A stretch of DNA of 64,000 bases from Candidatus Poribacteria bacterium (GTDB lineage: Bacteria > Poribacteria > WGA-4E > PCPOR2b): positions 3,936,001 to 4,000,000 of the forward strand of contig OZ242351.1 in the NCBI GenBank assembly GCA_965208675.1, given 5' to 3'. Below are positions 29,947 to 40,178 of the stretch, piece by piece. The notes beneath the pieces are model-generated. The model saw only the letters and a program-made list of their open reading frames with translations, searched no databases and was not told the origin of the DNA. The position numbers were made by a program, and so were the translations under genes. Position 1 is the first letter of the stretch. Every line of letters starts with the position of its first letter.

Positions 29947-30753
29947 TTGAATCGAATTACGGCGAAGTTTGAGGAATTACGCCAAATTGGCAAAAGTGCC
30001 TTCATGCCTTATATTTGTGCGGGAGATCCAACACCCGAATTAAGTCGTAAACTCTTCAAAGCGCTCGAAGAAGCAGGAGCGGATCTCATCGAATTTGGCG
30101 TGCCATTTTCTGACCCTATCGCCGACGGGCCGACAATCCAGAAGGCGAGCGAACGCGCTTTAACCCACCGAATCTCGCTTCGGCAAATCCTTGGCCTCGT
30201 ACGCGAACTCCGTGCAGAATCACAAATTCCAATCGCACTCATGACTTACTACAACCCAATCTTTCGGATGGGAGAGGGAAGATTTTGTGCTGAAGCCGCG
30301 GAGGCAGGGATAGATGGAGTCATAATTCCAGACCTTCCGCTGGAAGAGGCGGAATCCCTATTGGAAATGGCGTCAAAATTCAATCTCGCCGCAATTCTCC
30401 TTGTAACACCGACCAGTCCACCGGAACGGATTCGCCGCATTGCGTCGGTTAGTACAGGCTTCATCTACTGTGTCTCAGTGACCGGCGTAACCGGCGCGCG
30501 GGAAGCACTCTCAGAGGAAATTCGACCCATTTTGACGCAACTGCGAAAACACACCGACAAACCGGTTTGCGTCGGATTTGGCATTTCGACGCGTGAACAA
30601 GCGCATACAGTTGCACAAATGGCGGATGGGGTCATCGTTGCCAGCGCTATTATTAACATCATTGAAAGCCATCTGGACGATGACGCGAAAATCGTGTCGA
30701 ATGCGCGGGAATTTGCGGAAGAATTAGCAAAAGGGGTGAAAGGAGAAATTTGA
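29947..30753 (+). CDS. trpA: Tryptophan synthase alpha chain
   Basis: PFSDPIADGPTIQ, MTYYNP, PDLP, GVTG, VGFGIS. Confidence 0.98.
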   Translation: MNRITAKFEELRQIGKSAFMPYICAGDPTPELSRKLFKALEEAGADLIEFGVPFSDPIADGPTIQKASERALTHRISLRQILGLVRELRAESQIPIALMTYYNPIFRMGEGRFCAEAAEAGIDGVIIPDLPLEEAESLLEMASKFNLAAILLVTPTSPPERIRRIASVSTGFIYCVSVTGVTGAREALSEEIRPILTQLRKHTDKPVCVGFGISTREQAHTVAQMADGVIVASAIINIIESHLDDDAKIVSNAREFAEELAKGVKGEI

Positions 30754-30870
30754 AACAAAAACTGGTTTTTCCAACCCTAATGATAAGAAACCGTTTTTTA
30801 ACCCTTTAAAGTCCAAAGGTTGTGCACCAGAACACGGTTCAACGCGCCAAAATCAAGAGGAAAAAAAATA

Positions 30871-31332
30871 ATGAAAATCGAAAAACGGCTTGAAGAACTT
30901 GGAATTATCTTGCCGCCGCCTGCAACACCCGTGGCAAATTACATCATGGCTACGCAGACGGGAAACATAATGTTTACGTCAGGGCACGGTCCCGGTGAAG
31001 GCGAAGGCAAAATTTATAAAGGCCAGCTTGGAACTGACTTGACGGTTGAGCTTGGTTATCAATCTGCTAGGCAAGTTGGGTTAGGCATCATCAGCACACT
31101 CAAACACGCGCTCGGCGATCTGGATCGGGTTAAACGAATTTTGAAAGTGTTAGGATTTGTCAATTCGGCGAGCACTTTTACCGATCAGCCCGCTGTCATC
31201 AACGGCGCATCAGATCTATTCGTGGAAGTATTTGGCGATAAGGGAAAACATGCCCGTTCAGCGGTCGGAATGGTACAGTTGCCTGGCGGCATCCCCGTTG
31301 AAATCGAGATGGTTGTGGAGATTGAAAGATAG
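30871..31332 (+). CDS. RidA/YjgF family protein
   Basis: LPPPATPVANY, VINGASDL, GKHARSAVG, PVEIE. Confidence 0.9.
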   Translation: MKIEKRLEELGIILPPPATPVANYIMATQTGNIMFTSGHGPGEGEGKIYKGQLGTDLTVELGYQSARQVGLGIISTLKHALGDLDRVKRILKVLGFVNSASTFTDQPAVINGASDLFVEVFGDKGKHARSAVGMVQLPGGIPVEIEMVVEIER

Positions 31333-31369
31333 GAATTTATTGGACGCGTATCCGTGGCCGTCGCGATTT

Positions 31370-32719
31370 TTATGCCCGAATGATCGCGAGTACGTCGTCT
31401 CGCTTCTGCTCCATTAACGTCGTTGATTTGGCTTCTAGGTTAAGGCGTAACAGTGGTTCAGTGTTGGATGGGCGCACGTTACAGTGCCAGTCGTCAAAGG
31501 TAATTGAAACGCCGTCCAACCATTCGACTTTTCCGCCCTTGCCAAAAACCCGAACAATCTCCTTTAATTTCTCCTTTGCATCGCTTGAAATGCGAGAATT
31601 GATTTCGCCAGAGATGAAATAGGTTGATTCTAAAGGTTTAATTAGTTTGGAGAGTTTCGTTCCCTTTTTAGAAAGCATCTCTAAAACTACGAGAGACGGT
31701 AAAATTCCGGAATCGGCGCAAAAGAAATCTCTAAAGTAATAATGGCCTGTTACCTCTCCGCCAAAGACAGCGTTTTCTTTTGCCATTCGGTTTTTCATGA
31801 ATGCGTGTCCTACGCGCTCCATTACGGGCGTCCCCCCAGCTGCAGTGATGAGGTCGGGTACTGCCCATGAAGAGCGGACATCGTACAGAATTTTGCATCC
31901 CGGGGATTTGTCCAGAAGGTATTGCCCCATTAGCGCGGTTATGAAATCGCCGGACACAAATGCGCCTCGGTCATCAATAGCGAAGAATCGGTCGCCGTCT
32001 CCATCAAAGGCAAATCCCACGTCAGCGCCTTCCGCAACAACACGCTGTTGCAATTCGGCGCGGTTTTCGGGTTGGAGCGGATCGAGCCCATGATTCGGCA
32101 AACTGCCGTCAGGTTCCAGATACATCCCAATTAAGTTGATTGAAGGAAGACATCGGTAAATCTGCTTGAGAATCGGCCCCACAACACCATTGCCGGTATC
32201 AACGATGACCTTGAACCGTGAGAGTGCATCCACATCAATCAAACTCAAAACCTTTTCCACGAATTCTTCTCTCAAGTCCTCGTAAGTCATTCTGCCTCGG
32301 TGAGTCGGTTTCGGAAACTGCTCCGCTGCAATAATTCGCTGTATTTCTTGAATCCCTTCATCGCCGCTCAGAAGTTGGGGCATCTTTTTCACCATTTTGA
32401 ATCCGCTATACTGGGCGGGGTTATGAGATGCTGTCACCACGATGCCTGGGAGTCCTAGTGTTGCGCAGGCATGGTAATATTGGTCTGTGCTGACCATGCC
32501 AATGTTTATAACATCTGCCCCCTGCTCCATCAAACCGCATGCTAATGCTTCAGACATTTGCGGACTTGAAAGACGCATATCGCGCCCAACGATAACTTTG
32601 CCAACTTTGACGTAACTTACAAAGGCGCGGCCAATTGAATAGGCGATGTCTTCATTTAAGTCAACAGGGTAAATTCCCCGGATATCATACGCTTTGAAAA
32701 TATCAGGATTCGCTCGCAT
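31370..32719 (-). CDS. Phosphomannomutase/phosphoglucomutase
   Basis: IFKAYDIRG, TASHNP, FDGDGDR, GGEVTGHYYF, RPSNTEP. Start placed at the MRANPDIF ATG. Confidence 0.95.
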   Translation of the reverse strand: MRANPDIFKAYDIRGIYPVDLNEDIAYSIGRAFVSYVKVGKVIVGRDMRLSSPQMSEALACGLMEQGADVINIGMVSTDQYYHACATLGLPGIVVTASHNPAQYSGFKMVKKMPQLLSGDEGIQEIQRIIAAEQFPKPTHRGRMTYEDLREEFVEKVLSLIDVDALSRFKVIVDTGNGVVGPILKQIYRCLPSINLIGMYLEPDGSLPNHGLDPLQPENRAELQQRVVAEGADVGFAFDGDGDRFFAIDDRGAFVSGDFITALMGQYLLDKSPGCKILYDVRSSWAVPDLITAAGGTPVMERVGHAFMKNRMAKENAVFGGEVTGHYYFRDFFCADSGILPSLVVLEMLSKKGTKLSKLIKPLESTYFISGEINSRISSDAKEKLKEIVRVFGKGGKVEWLDGVSITFDDWHCNVRPSNTEPLLRLNLEAKSTTLMEQKRDDVLAIIRA

Positions 32720-32846
32720 TTTAACGGCTTTTGGGTTTTTGTCGGTATGGGGCAATAACTCCTTCGAACTGCTATGACGCATCTGCAATACTATTACCAG
32801 TGAGTTTTTGCCCCGTGAAATCTCACGCAAATTAGAGAGGACATCA

Positions 32847-34040
32847 ATGACAATTCAAGTTGTTAAACCCCGAATTCGAGGTTTTATTGGTACCAACGCA
32901 CACCCAACCGGGTGCAGAAAAAATGTACAGAATCAGATTGACTTTATCACAGAAAGCGTTACGCCAAAACAATTGGATTTCAACGTACTCATTGTCGGCG
33001 CGACGGGTGGATATGGTTTAGCCTCCCGCATTGCATTAACATGGAGCTACGGCGCAAAAACAGTTGGCGTTTTTTTTGAGCGTGCACCTGATGAGAAGCG
33101 GACTGCGACCGCGGGCTACTATGACTCGGCCGCCTTCCATCAACTGGCACGGGAGAACGGCCTCTTCGCCGATAGCATCAATGGCGATGCATTTTCCAAT
33201 GACATCAAACGAGACACTATAAATCGCGTCAAGCGCAATATGGGCAAAATTGATTTGCTGGTTTATAGCATCGCGGCGCCGAGGCGTATCCACCCGCATA
33301 CAGGTGCCGAACATCGGTCAGTCCTAAAACCAATCGGTCGTTCTTACGTGGGTAAAACTATAGATTTGCAGCGTGAAACCGTCACCCTAGTCACCGTGGA
33401 ACCCGCAAATGAGCAGGAGATTTCAGATACCACTGCAGTAATGGGCGGCGCGGATTTGGAGTTATGGGTTGAGGCACTTCTCACCGAGAATCTTCTTGCA
33501 TCGGAATCTACAGTTGTGGCTTATTCCTACATTGGCCCCGAACTCACATGGCCAATCTATCGCAGTGGAACGATTGGTAGGGCAAAAGAGGATCTCGCAA
33601 ACTCCATCAATAATCTGGATCGTCAACTCAGTAACAAACTGGGCGGCCATGCCTACATATCGGTCAATAAAGCCGTAGTTACCCAAGCATCAGCGGCAAT
33701 TCCAGTGGTGCCGCTGTACATCAGCGTGCTCTACGATATCATGAATGCAAAGGGGATTAACGAAGATCCGGTTGCTCAGATGGCTCGGCTTTTCAACCAA
33801 CACCTAGGTCCTAATCAGACGCCGACGCTCGACGCCGATCGGCTAATCCGACTCGATGATCGGGAACTGCGTCCGGACGTAACCGAGGAGGTAATGCGTC
33901 GATGGGAGATGATAAACACAGACAATTTCCGCAATCTCTCTGACTACGATGGGTTTAAACGCGGCTTACGCAACCTGTTCGGTTTTGATGTCGAAGGTGT
34001 AAAATACGATGAAGCCGTGGAAACTGACGTTAAGTTTTAA
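32847..34040 (+). CDS. fabV: Enoyl-ACP reductase FabV / trans-2-enoyl-CoA reductase
   Basis: PRIRGFIGTNAHPTGC, GYGLASRI, NGDAFS, YSYIGP, KAVVTQASAAIP. Confidence 0.93.
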   Translation: MTIQVVKPRIRGFIGTNAHPTGCRKNVQNQIDFITESVTPKQLDFNVLIVGATGGYGLASRIALTWSYGAKTVGVFFERAPDEKRTATAGYYDSAAFHQLARENGLFADSINGDAFSNDIKRDTINRVKRNMGKIDLLVYSIAAPRRIHPHTGAEHRSVLKPIGRSYVGKTIDLQRETVTLVTVEPANEQEISDTTAVMGGADLELWVEALLTENLLASESTVVAYSYIGPELTWPIYRSGTIGRAKEDLANSINNLDRQLSNKLGGHAYISVNKAVVTQASAAIPVVPLYISVLYDIMNAKGINEDPVAQMARLFNQHLGPNQTPTLDADRLIRLDDRELRPDVTEEVMRRWEMINTDNFRNLSDYDGFKRGLRNLFGFDVEGVKYDEAVETDVKF

Positions 34041-34319
34041 GGTAGACCAAACAAGTTTCAGAATCACAATACATTATTTCCAATCGAGCACAGCCCGTAT
34101 CCACTGCATAGGCTGAGTTGCAACTGAAATGTGAAGGATTGGGGATTCGCTCGACTGCTGCAAGAAGACTGAGGCGGGGAATTGGTTAGCAGGATTAAAT
34201 CTGAAATCTTATAGACCGTCATTAATTATGATGGCGTCAGCCGCGGAGACTATTTCCTCGCCGCATGTTCCGGCTGCTTCGTTCATTCTACAAATGCGGA
34301 AGTCACATGCTCAAGGCAT

Positions 34320-35342
34320 TTAGCCCTTAATATCAATAACAATCCGCGCGTCCGCACCGCCGCTTCTCATAAATTCAAGTGCTTCATTCGCTTCGTCAAG
34401 CGGAAAGGTTCTCGTAATTGGCGGTTCGATGATACCTTCAGCAAGCATCTCTATGGAGTCGGCAATGTCTTGTTTGGAACCGTTGCGGCTTCCAATAATC
34501 TCTAATTCTCGCTGCGCAATTTGAATCGTGTCAATCTCAGGAAATTCAGGCTCTTCTCCAATGACGATAATTTGTCCTTGCCGCATGAGGTAGTCCGCAC
34601 TCTGTTTCATGGTTGAAGCAGTGCCAACACAATCGAATACGCACTGGGCGCCAGTGCCGCCCGCAAACTCCCGAATCTTGTCCGTTGTGTCTGGAGCGTT
34701 AGCCTTGAGGGCAAGTTGCGCGCCAAGTTGCATAGCGAGGTCGAGTTTCCCTTGAGAACGGCTCGTTGCGACAGTTTTCACGCCCGCCCTGACAAGAATG
34801 GGGATTAAACTCTGCGCAACACCGCCTGCGCCAATCACCACAGCGGTGTCATTGGGTCCCAATCGTGCACGCCGAAATCCGTGCACTGCCGTAATGACAG
34901 CGCAACTGATTAGGCCGCCTGTTTCGAAAGGTACATTATCGGGCAACGTGAACAGGTTTTCTCCGGGCACCACAAAATACTCCGCAAAGGCACCGTTCAC
35001 AAGCACACCTACAAGCCCTTGCAAGTCGGCGCACTGGGCATCCTGACCAATCCGGCAATAATAGCATTCCCCGCAGGTGATAAATAGATGGGGTACGACG
35101 CGTTGTCCCACCTCCAACCCGGTTACGTTTTCACCCACTGCTGCCACAGTCCCTGCAGGTTCATGGCCCGGTATGTGCGGGAGTTCAGGGATATATGCCA
35201 ATCCGTCATAGACGTGTAGGTCTGTGCGGCAAATCCCGCAAGATTTGGTTTCCACCAATACTTCGTCCGGACCAATCTCCGGTGTTGGAACTTCTTCGAT
35301 TCGCAATGGTTTTCCAATTTCGTGTAATACTGCGGCTTTCAT
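34320..35342 (-). CDS. Zinc-dependent alcohol dehydrogenase (MDR family)
   Basis: CGICRTD, GHE, CGECYYC...C, GAGGV. Confidence 0.92.
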   Translation of the reverse strand: MKAAVLHEIGKPLRIEEVPTPEIGPDEVLVETKSCGICRTDLHVYDGLAYIPELPHIPGHEPAGTVAAVGENVTGLEVGQRVVPHLFITCGECYYCRIGQDAQCADLQGLVGVLVNGAFAEYFVVPGENLFTLPDNVPFETGGLISCAVITAVHGFRRARLGPNDTAVVIGAGGVAQSLIPILVRAGVKTVATSRSQGKLDLAMQLGAQLALKANAPDTTDKIREFAGGTGAQCVFDCVGTASTMKQSADYLMRQGQIIVIGEEPEFPEIDTIQIAQRELEIIGSRNGSKQDIADSIEMLAEGIIEPPITRTFPLDEANEALEFMRSGGADARIVIDIKG

Positions 35343-35656
35343 GTAGTCTCCATTTATAAAATCAAGTGACCTCTCTCCCCAATTTGGGAAAGGGAACGAA
35401 TAGAATTGTGTGGGTAACTGATTTGGATGTGGTCCTACCTGTTGAGAACCATTACAGAGTGCAACTATCCGGTTTGCTTAGGTCTCGTGAGAAAAAAGTG
35501 GTGGGGTGAAACGGCTGCCAGCAGAGGAATCGGTAGGAGCATCAGGATCACGAGGTTTTTGTAGCAAATGGCTATGAAAAGTGCTGGCGTACTTCTCGGA
35601 CGCTGGACAACGCCCGCCTAACTCGTTACTCTGCACGCTTTTGGTTTTCGTTGCTT

Positions 35657-35697
35657 GAAATTAAGGGGGCACGATGTACCCGTGCCCCTCAATTTCA
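35657..35697 (-). terminator. Hairpin or putative terminator downstream of the LamG genes
   Basis: GAAATTAAGGGGGCACG-ATGTACC-CGTGCCCCTCAATTTC inverted repeat about 30 nt after the stop of 35727..36518. Confidence 0.5.
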
Positions 35698-35726
35698 AAA
35701 ATGCTGAAACACCTTAGAACTACAAC

Positions 35727-36518
35727 CTACTTCAGAGCCTTAAGGTGCCCCCAAGTCGTAGCCGCTTTTCCAGATCGATCGACAGCAGTTGCACCGCCGA
35801 TGTGCGCCATGATTCCATCGTTCATCAGCGCGCTAATTTCATCCGCGCCGAGCACCGCATTGAATATTGCGAACTCATCTACGGCACCAGCGAACGAGTT
35901 ACCCAGTCTGCCGCCAATATGAAAATTCGCTTCTCCGTTCTCAAAGGCGGCCGAAGTGTCTCCACTGCTCGCTTCCTCACCGTTCCTAAAAATCGCCATT
36001 CGATTTTCAGCAACGCTGTGGGTAAATGCCCAGTGTTCCCATGAGCCGACTATAGAGTCGTCGATTCCAGCCGGTGCAATCCCCGTAAAAGGCGATCCAA
36101 ACTGCCAATGAACCGCATTATCCCACGGCATGTGCGATGTGACGCGGCCGCGGTTGCCTACCTCAAGCGGCTCAAGACTGAAGTAGTCTTGGTTTACCAG
36201 CTCGTCTATGCGCGCCCAACCTAAGATTGTTATTTCCTCTGAAGGAATAATATTTCCAAATCCGGTAATCTGGACGGTATCACCGAGGCCTGGAAAATCG
36301 ACAGCCATGCCGTGCTTACCGGAAATCCATTCGGCACCGCCGGATAGTTCGCCGTGATGGTCATTTCCCGATGCGTCATTGGTGTCTCCATCAAGCAGCC
36401 AAGCGCCAACTAGCGAATCGGGGTTCTTAAGGGCATCACCGTGCCCAACCAATATCAACCCAAAAATCACGACACTAACAACAAACGCAAAGCCAAGTTT
36501 TGCTTTGATGTCATACAT
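35727..36518 (-). CDS. Secreted LamG/concanavalin-like domain protein, copy 1
   Basis: Signal peptide; LVGAWLLDG...DASGNDHHG, WEHWAF, FAGAVDEFAIFNAVL; C-terminal AVDRSGKAATTWGHLK. Confidence 0.88.
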   Translation of the reverse strand: MYDIKAKLGFAFVVSVVIFGLILVGHGDALKNPDSLVGAWLLDGDTNDASGNDHHGELSGGAEWISGKHGMAVDFPGLGDTVQITGFGNIIPSEEITILGWARIDELVNQDYFSLEPLEVGNRGRVTSHMPWDNAVHWQFGSPFTGIAPAGIDDSIVGSWEHWAFTHSVAENRMAIFRNGEEASSGDTSAAFENGEANFHIGGRLGNSFAGAVDEFAIFNAVLGADEISALMNDGIMAHIGGATAVDRSGKAATTWGHLKALK

Positions 36519-36541
36519 TAATTACAACCTCCATTACGGTT

Positions 36542-36581
36542 TTCCGTTCTCTTCAGAACTCGCGTTCTGAAGAGAACGGAA
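36542..36581 (-). promoter_or_regulatory. Perfect 18-bp 5'-UTR hairpin with GNRA tetraloop
   Basis: TTCCGTTCTCTTCAGAAC-TCGC-GTTCTGAAGAGAACGGAA. The loop reads GCGA on the coding (minus) strand, just upstream of RBS GGAGGT. Confidence 0.65.
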
Positions 36582-36638
36582 CGGGTTTATGCTAACATCA
36601 ACAATGCGACGTTGCTGATATACCTACAAAGCTACAGC

Positions 36639-37430
36639 CTATTTCAGAGCCTTAAGGTGCCCCCAAGTCGTAGCCGCTTTTCCAGACCGATCGACAGCGG
36701 TTGCACCGCCGATGTGCGCCATAATTCCATCGTTCATCAGTGCGCTGATTTCATCGGCGCCGAGAACTGCATTGAATATTGCGAACTCATCTACGGCACC
36801 AGCGAACGAGTTACCTAGTCTGCCGCCAATATGAAAATTCGCTTCTCCGTTCTCAAAGGCGGCCGAAGTGTCTCCACTGCTCGCTTCCTCACCGTTCCTA
36901 AAAATCGCCATTCGATTTTCAGCAACGCTGTGGGTAAATGCCCAGTGTTCCCATGAGCCGACTATAGAGTCGTCGATTCCAGCCGGTGCAATCCCCGTAA
37001 AAGGCGATCCAAACTGCCAATGAACCGCATTATCCCACGGCATGTGCGATGTGACGCGGCCGCGGTTGCCTACCTCAAGCGGCTCAAGACTGAAGTAGTC
37101 TTGGTTTACCAGCTCGTCTATGCGCGCCCAACCTAAGATTGTTATTTCCTCTGAAGGAATAATATTTCCAAATCCGGTAATCTGGACGGTATCACCGAGG
37201 CCTGGAAAATCGACAGCCATGCCGTGCTTACCGGAAATCCATTCGGCACCGCCGGATAGCTCGCCGTGATGGTCATTTCCCGATGCGTCATTGGTGTCTC
37301 CATCAAGCAGCCAAGCGCCAACTAGCGAATCGGGGTTCTTAAGGGCATCACCGTGCCCAACCACTATCAGCCCAAAAACGACTAAACTGATAATACACCC
37401 GAAGGTGAGTCTTGATTTGATGCTATACAT
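36639..37430 (-). CDS. Secreted LamG domain protein, copy 2
   Basis: Mature region identical in amino acids to copy 1; different signal peptide. Confidence 0.88.
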   Translation of the reverse strand: MYSIKSRLTFGCIISLVVFGLIVVGHGDALKNPDSLVGAWLLDGDTNDASGNDHHGELSGGAEWISGKHGMAVDFPGLGDTVQITGFGNIIPSEEITILGWARIDELVNQDYFSLEPLEVGNRGRVTSHMPWDNAVHWQFGSPFTGIAPAGIDDSIVGSWEHWAFTHSVAENRMAIFRNGEEASSGDTSAAFENGEANFHIGGRLGNSFAGAVDEFAIFNAVLGADEISALMNDGIMAHIGGATAVDRSGKAATTWGHLKALK

Positions 37431-37566
37431 ATGTAAAACCCTCCATATCTGTTTTCCATTAACTTCAGAACGCTAGTTCTGACGATAACAGAGATTCTAC
37501 TTAAATCCAACAATGTTGAAACTTTATTCCTCGTAACAACTATCGCGGCCTACCTTGAGCCAAAAC

Positions 37567-38394
37567 CTATTCCAGAACTTTCAGGTTTGCCCATGTTGTA
37601 GCCGCCTTTCCAGACGGTTCGACAGCAATACCGCCATTTCCGCCTGCGATGTGCGCCATGAGTCCATCGTTCATTAGCGCGTTAATTTCTTCGCCGTCGA
37701 GGACGCCACTAAAAATTGCGAAATCATCAATGGCGCCAGCGAAAGAGATATATTCTTCCCCATGCGTACCTAGCCTGCCGCCGATGTGAAAATTTGCCTC
37801 ACCCGGTATAAAGGCTTTAAAGGCCTGTTGGTTGAGTGCTTCCTCGCCGTTTTTATAAACTGCCATGAATTTCCCAGCGACGCTGTGGATAAATGCCCAG
37901 TGGTTCCATTCGCCGACAGCAGAATCGTCGATACTTACGTCAGCCGTGGGGAAAATACCTGTAAATGGCGTTCCGAATTGCCAATGGACTTTGTTATCCC
38001 AGGGCATGTGCGTTGTTACACGGCCTTGCTCACCAACATGAAGCGGCTCAAAACTGAAAAAGTCTTGATTCCTTATCTTGTCAATTCGCGCCCACGAAAT
38101 AATCGTTATTTCCTCTGTAGGCATAACGTTTCCAAAACCGGTAATCTGGATTGTATCCCCATCGCCCGGAAGACCGGCAGCCATTCCGAACTTCCCGGAA
38201 ATCCATTCGGGTGCTCCGGTTAATTCTCCGTGATAATCATTCCCCGATGAATCGTTGGCGTCGCCATCAAGCAACCAAGCCCCCACAACAGATTCTGGGT
38301 CTTTGAGGGCATCACTTTGCCCTACTAGTATCAATCCGAAAACAACGAAGCTGAAAATACACCCGAAGGCGAATTTTGCTTTGATGTTATACAT
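37567..38394 (-). CDS. Secreted LamG domain protein, copy 3 (diverged)
   Basis: Same architecture; ends AVEPSGKAATTWANLKVLE. Confidence 0.88.
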   Translation of the reverse strand: MYNIKAKFAFGCIFSFVVFGLILVGQSDALKDPESVVGAWLLDGDANDSSGNDYHGELTGAPEWISGKFGMAAGLPGDGDTIQITGFGNVMPTEEITIISWARIDKIRNQDFFSFEPLHVGEQGRVTTHMPWDNKVHWQFGTPFTGIFPTADVSIDDSAVGEWNHWAFIHSVAGKFMAVYKNGEEALNQQAFKAFIPGEANFHIGGRLGTHGEEYISFAGAIDDFAIFSGVLDGEEINALMNDGLMAHIAGGNGGIAVEPSGKAATTWANLKVLE

Positions 38395-38511
38395 CTAAAC
38401 TACCTCCATCATCGTTTTCCGCTCTCATTGGTAAGTCAGTTCTGGCCGAAAACGGAAATTACCTTAAGACCAACAATGTTAAAATCTATATTGTTCGCAA
38501 TTATTCGCAGC

Positions 38512-38532
38512 GGCACAAGAAATGTGCCCTAC
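38512..38532 (-). repeat. GTAG-family REP-like palindrome
   Basis: Minus strand GTAGGGCACA-TTTCT-TGTGCC. Confidence 0.5.
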
Positions 38533-38974
38533 GGAATTCTAGACATACCCACTCGAAATATACAAAAAACAGTATAAATGAAAAAGAAAAAATTGTCAAC
38601 AGGAATTATTTTCCTGCCGCACAAAAATTCACGTGGTTCTCTCGGTGCTTAAATCGAAATCTACAATCTACATTACACTTGCCTTTATAGGCGTTAAAAT
38701 CTCACTGTCGGTGCGCCCAAGCATTCTACTGAAGTCATATTCCGTTTGACGCCGCCTGTAATATTTCGAATGAAAACTAGTCAGCCGCTTTGAATTAAAC
38801 GTCCGATTCCCATCATCGTTTCGTAGATATTCACTAATCATTACAGAAATAACCTGAAGGCGATTTTTCCAGTCCATCGCGGCGGGTGGGACAATATAAA
38901 ACCTCTCGACCGGTAATCGGATCTGTGTCTGAATCTGCCGCGCCAGTCGAGCGACAATTTCATCCCCGTCCTTT

Positions 38975-40012
38975 TTATCCGGTCTCTACCATGACGGGGG
39001 TTTTGGAGAAGGGAATCTGCCGGGGATAATTGACGAGAGGGGCGCCCATACCGTCAAAACTGATTTCGATGCGATCACCGGTTTGGAAGGTCGGCCGATT
39101 GGGGAAGGCGAGTTTCATCGTTCCGAAGAAATGGACATGGACATCCCATGGGCGGCGAAAATGCGAATACTTGAAATGGTGGTCCTCTAGGTTTGCAAGG
39201 CTATGGCTCATATGACTCTCGCCCGTAAGCAATTTGCCGGAATCGTAAAGTATTTCTTCACCCCGTGTGATGCGGCAGCTGCCTTCGATGTCATTGAAAT
39301 CTTTATCCGTGATTAACTCAGGTCCGACAGCGCATACGCGCATTTTAGACGGCGCCAACCAAAGGTAATTCTCTCGTTCCATTGGGTGATCTGCCCATTC
39401 ATTCCCGATCGCAAACCCTATCCGACAAGGAATGCCATCGTCGTCAATCACATAGCAGCCGACGATTTCAGGTTCTTCGCCGCCATCCTCAGTAAAGTCT
39501 GGGATATCAAGAAAGTCGTTGTGGCCCCGCAGGAAGACGCCGGTCCCTTTATAAAACCATTCTGGCTGAACGCCGCGGACACCTGCATCGGGCTTGCCGC
39601 CCTTTAATCCCATCTCGAACATCTTTTCCGAATCGGTCTTAACGGACTCATTTTCTTCATCGTCAGCGATATGCATCTCGGCGCGTTTTTCCATGCTTCC
39701 CATGTGCGTTAAACCCGTACCCGAAATCAAACAGTGGCTTGGGTCTGGATGGTCAATCGGTGGAAGAATCCAGCCATTTGCGTCCCCTTTACGGGCTTTT
39801 AGCAGCTCACTGTATGGCACCACATCAGCCTTGCGCGTAGAAACATCGGCGAGGTACGCACTAATGGTCCTGCGTCTCCGGCGAGCTTCCTGGAAGAGCG
39901 TATGAATGTACCTCCATTCCTTGTTGACGCTGGTCAAGTCAACGATTTTATCATCTTCAATATACCCAATCCGCCTTCCTTTTTCAGATAACCAAAATTG
40001 AATAAGTCTCAT
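38975..40012 (-). CDS. AraD1/GguC-type fumarylacetoacetate-hydrolase-family protein
   Basis: PPIDHPDP, SGTGLTHMGS, QPEWFYKG, DGGEEPE, NYLWLAPSK, ANLEDHHFKY, VHVHFFGT. Confidence 0.88.
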   Translation of the reverse strand: MRLIQFWLSEKGRRIGYIEDDKIVDLTSVNKEWRYIHTLFQEARRRRRTISAYLADVSTRKADVVPYSELLKARKGDANGWILPPIDHPDPSHCLISGTGLTHMGSMEKRAEMHIADDEENESVKTDSEKMFEMGLKGGKPDAGVRGVQPEWFYKGTGVFLRGHNDFLDIPDFTEDGGEEPEIVGCYVIDDDGIPCRIGFAIGNEWADHPMERENYLWLAPSKMRVCAVGPELITDKDFNDIEGSCRITRGEEILYDSGKLLTGESHMSHSLANLEDHHFKYSHFRRPWDVHVHFFGTMKLAFPNRPTFQTGDRIEISFDGMGAPLVNYPRQIPFSKTPVMVETG

Positions 40013-40178
40013 GTCAATCTTCCTTTTGCTAGTTCACTCGAGGCGTTTATTTAGTCTTTCTCTATTTTCTTACCTAAAAACTGTCAAGGCTCTAATTTTA
40101 ACCGGATGGCGGCGGTGCAATGCATGAATTCACATCCGATCTTGTATGACAGAGTGTCAACCTTGCGAAGGTCGGCTA

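Noticed and set aside
35610-35660. GCCTAAC motif resembling an integron attC end
   Set aside because: No matching GTTRRRY arm, no repeated cassettes and no integron integrase.
35727-37430. Near-identical LamG pair as a DGR TR/VR pair
   Set aside because: Both are full genes and the differences in the mature region are synonymous; no RT.
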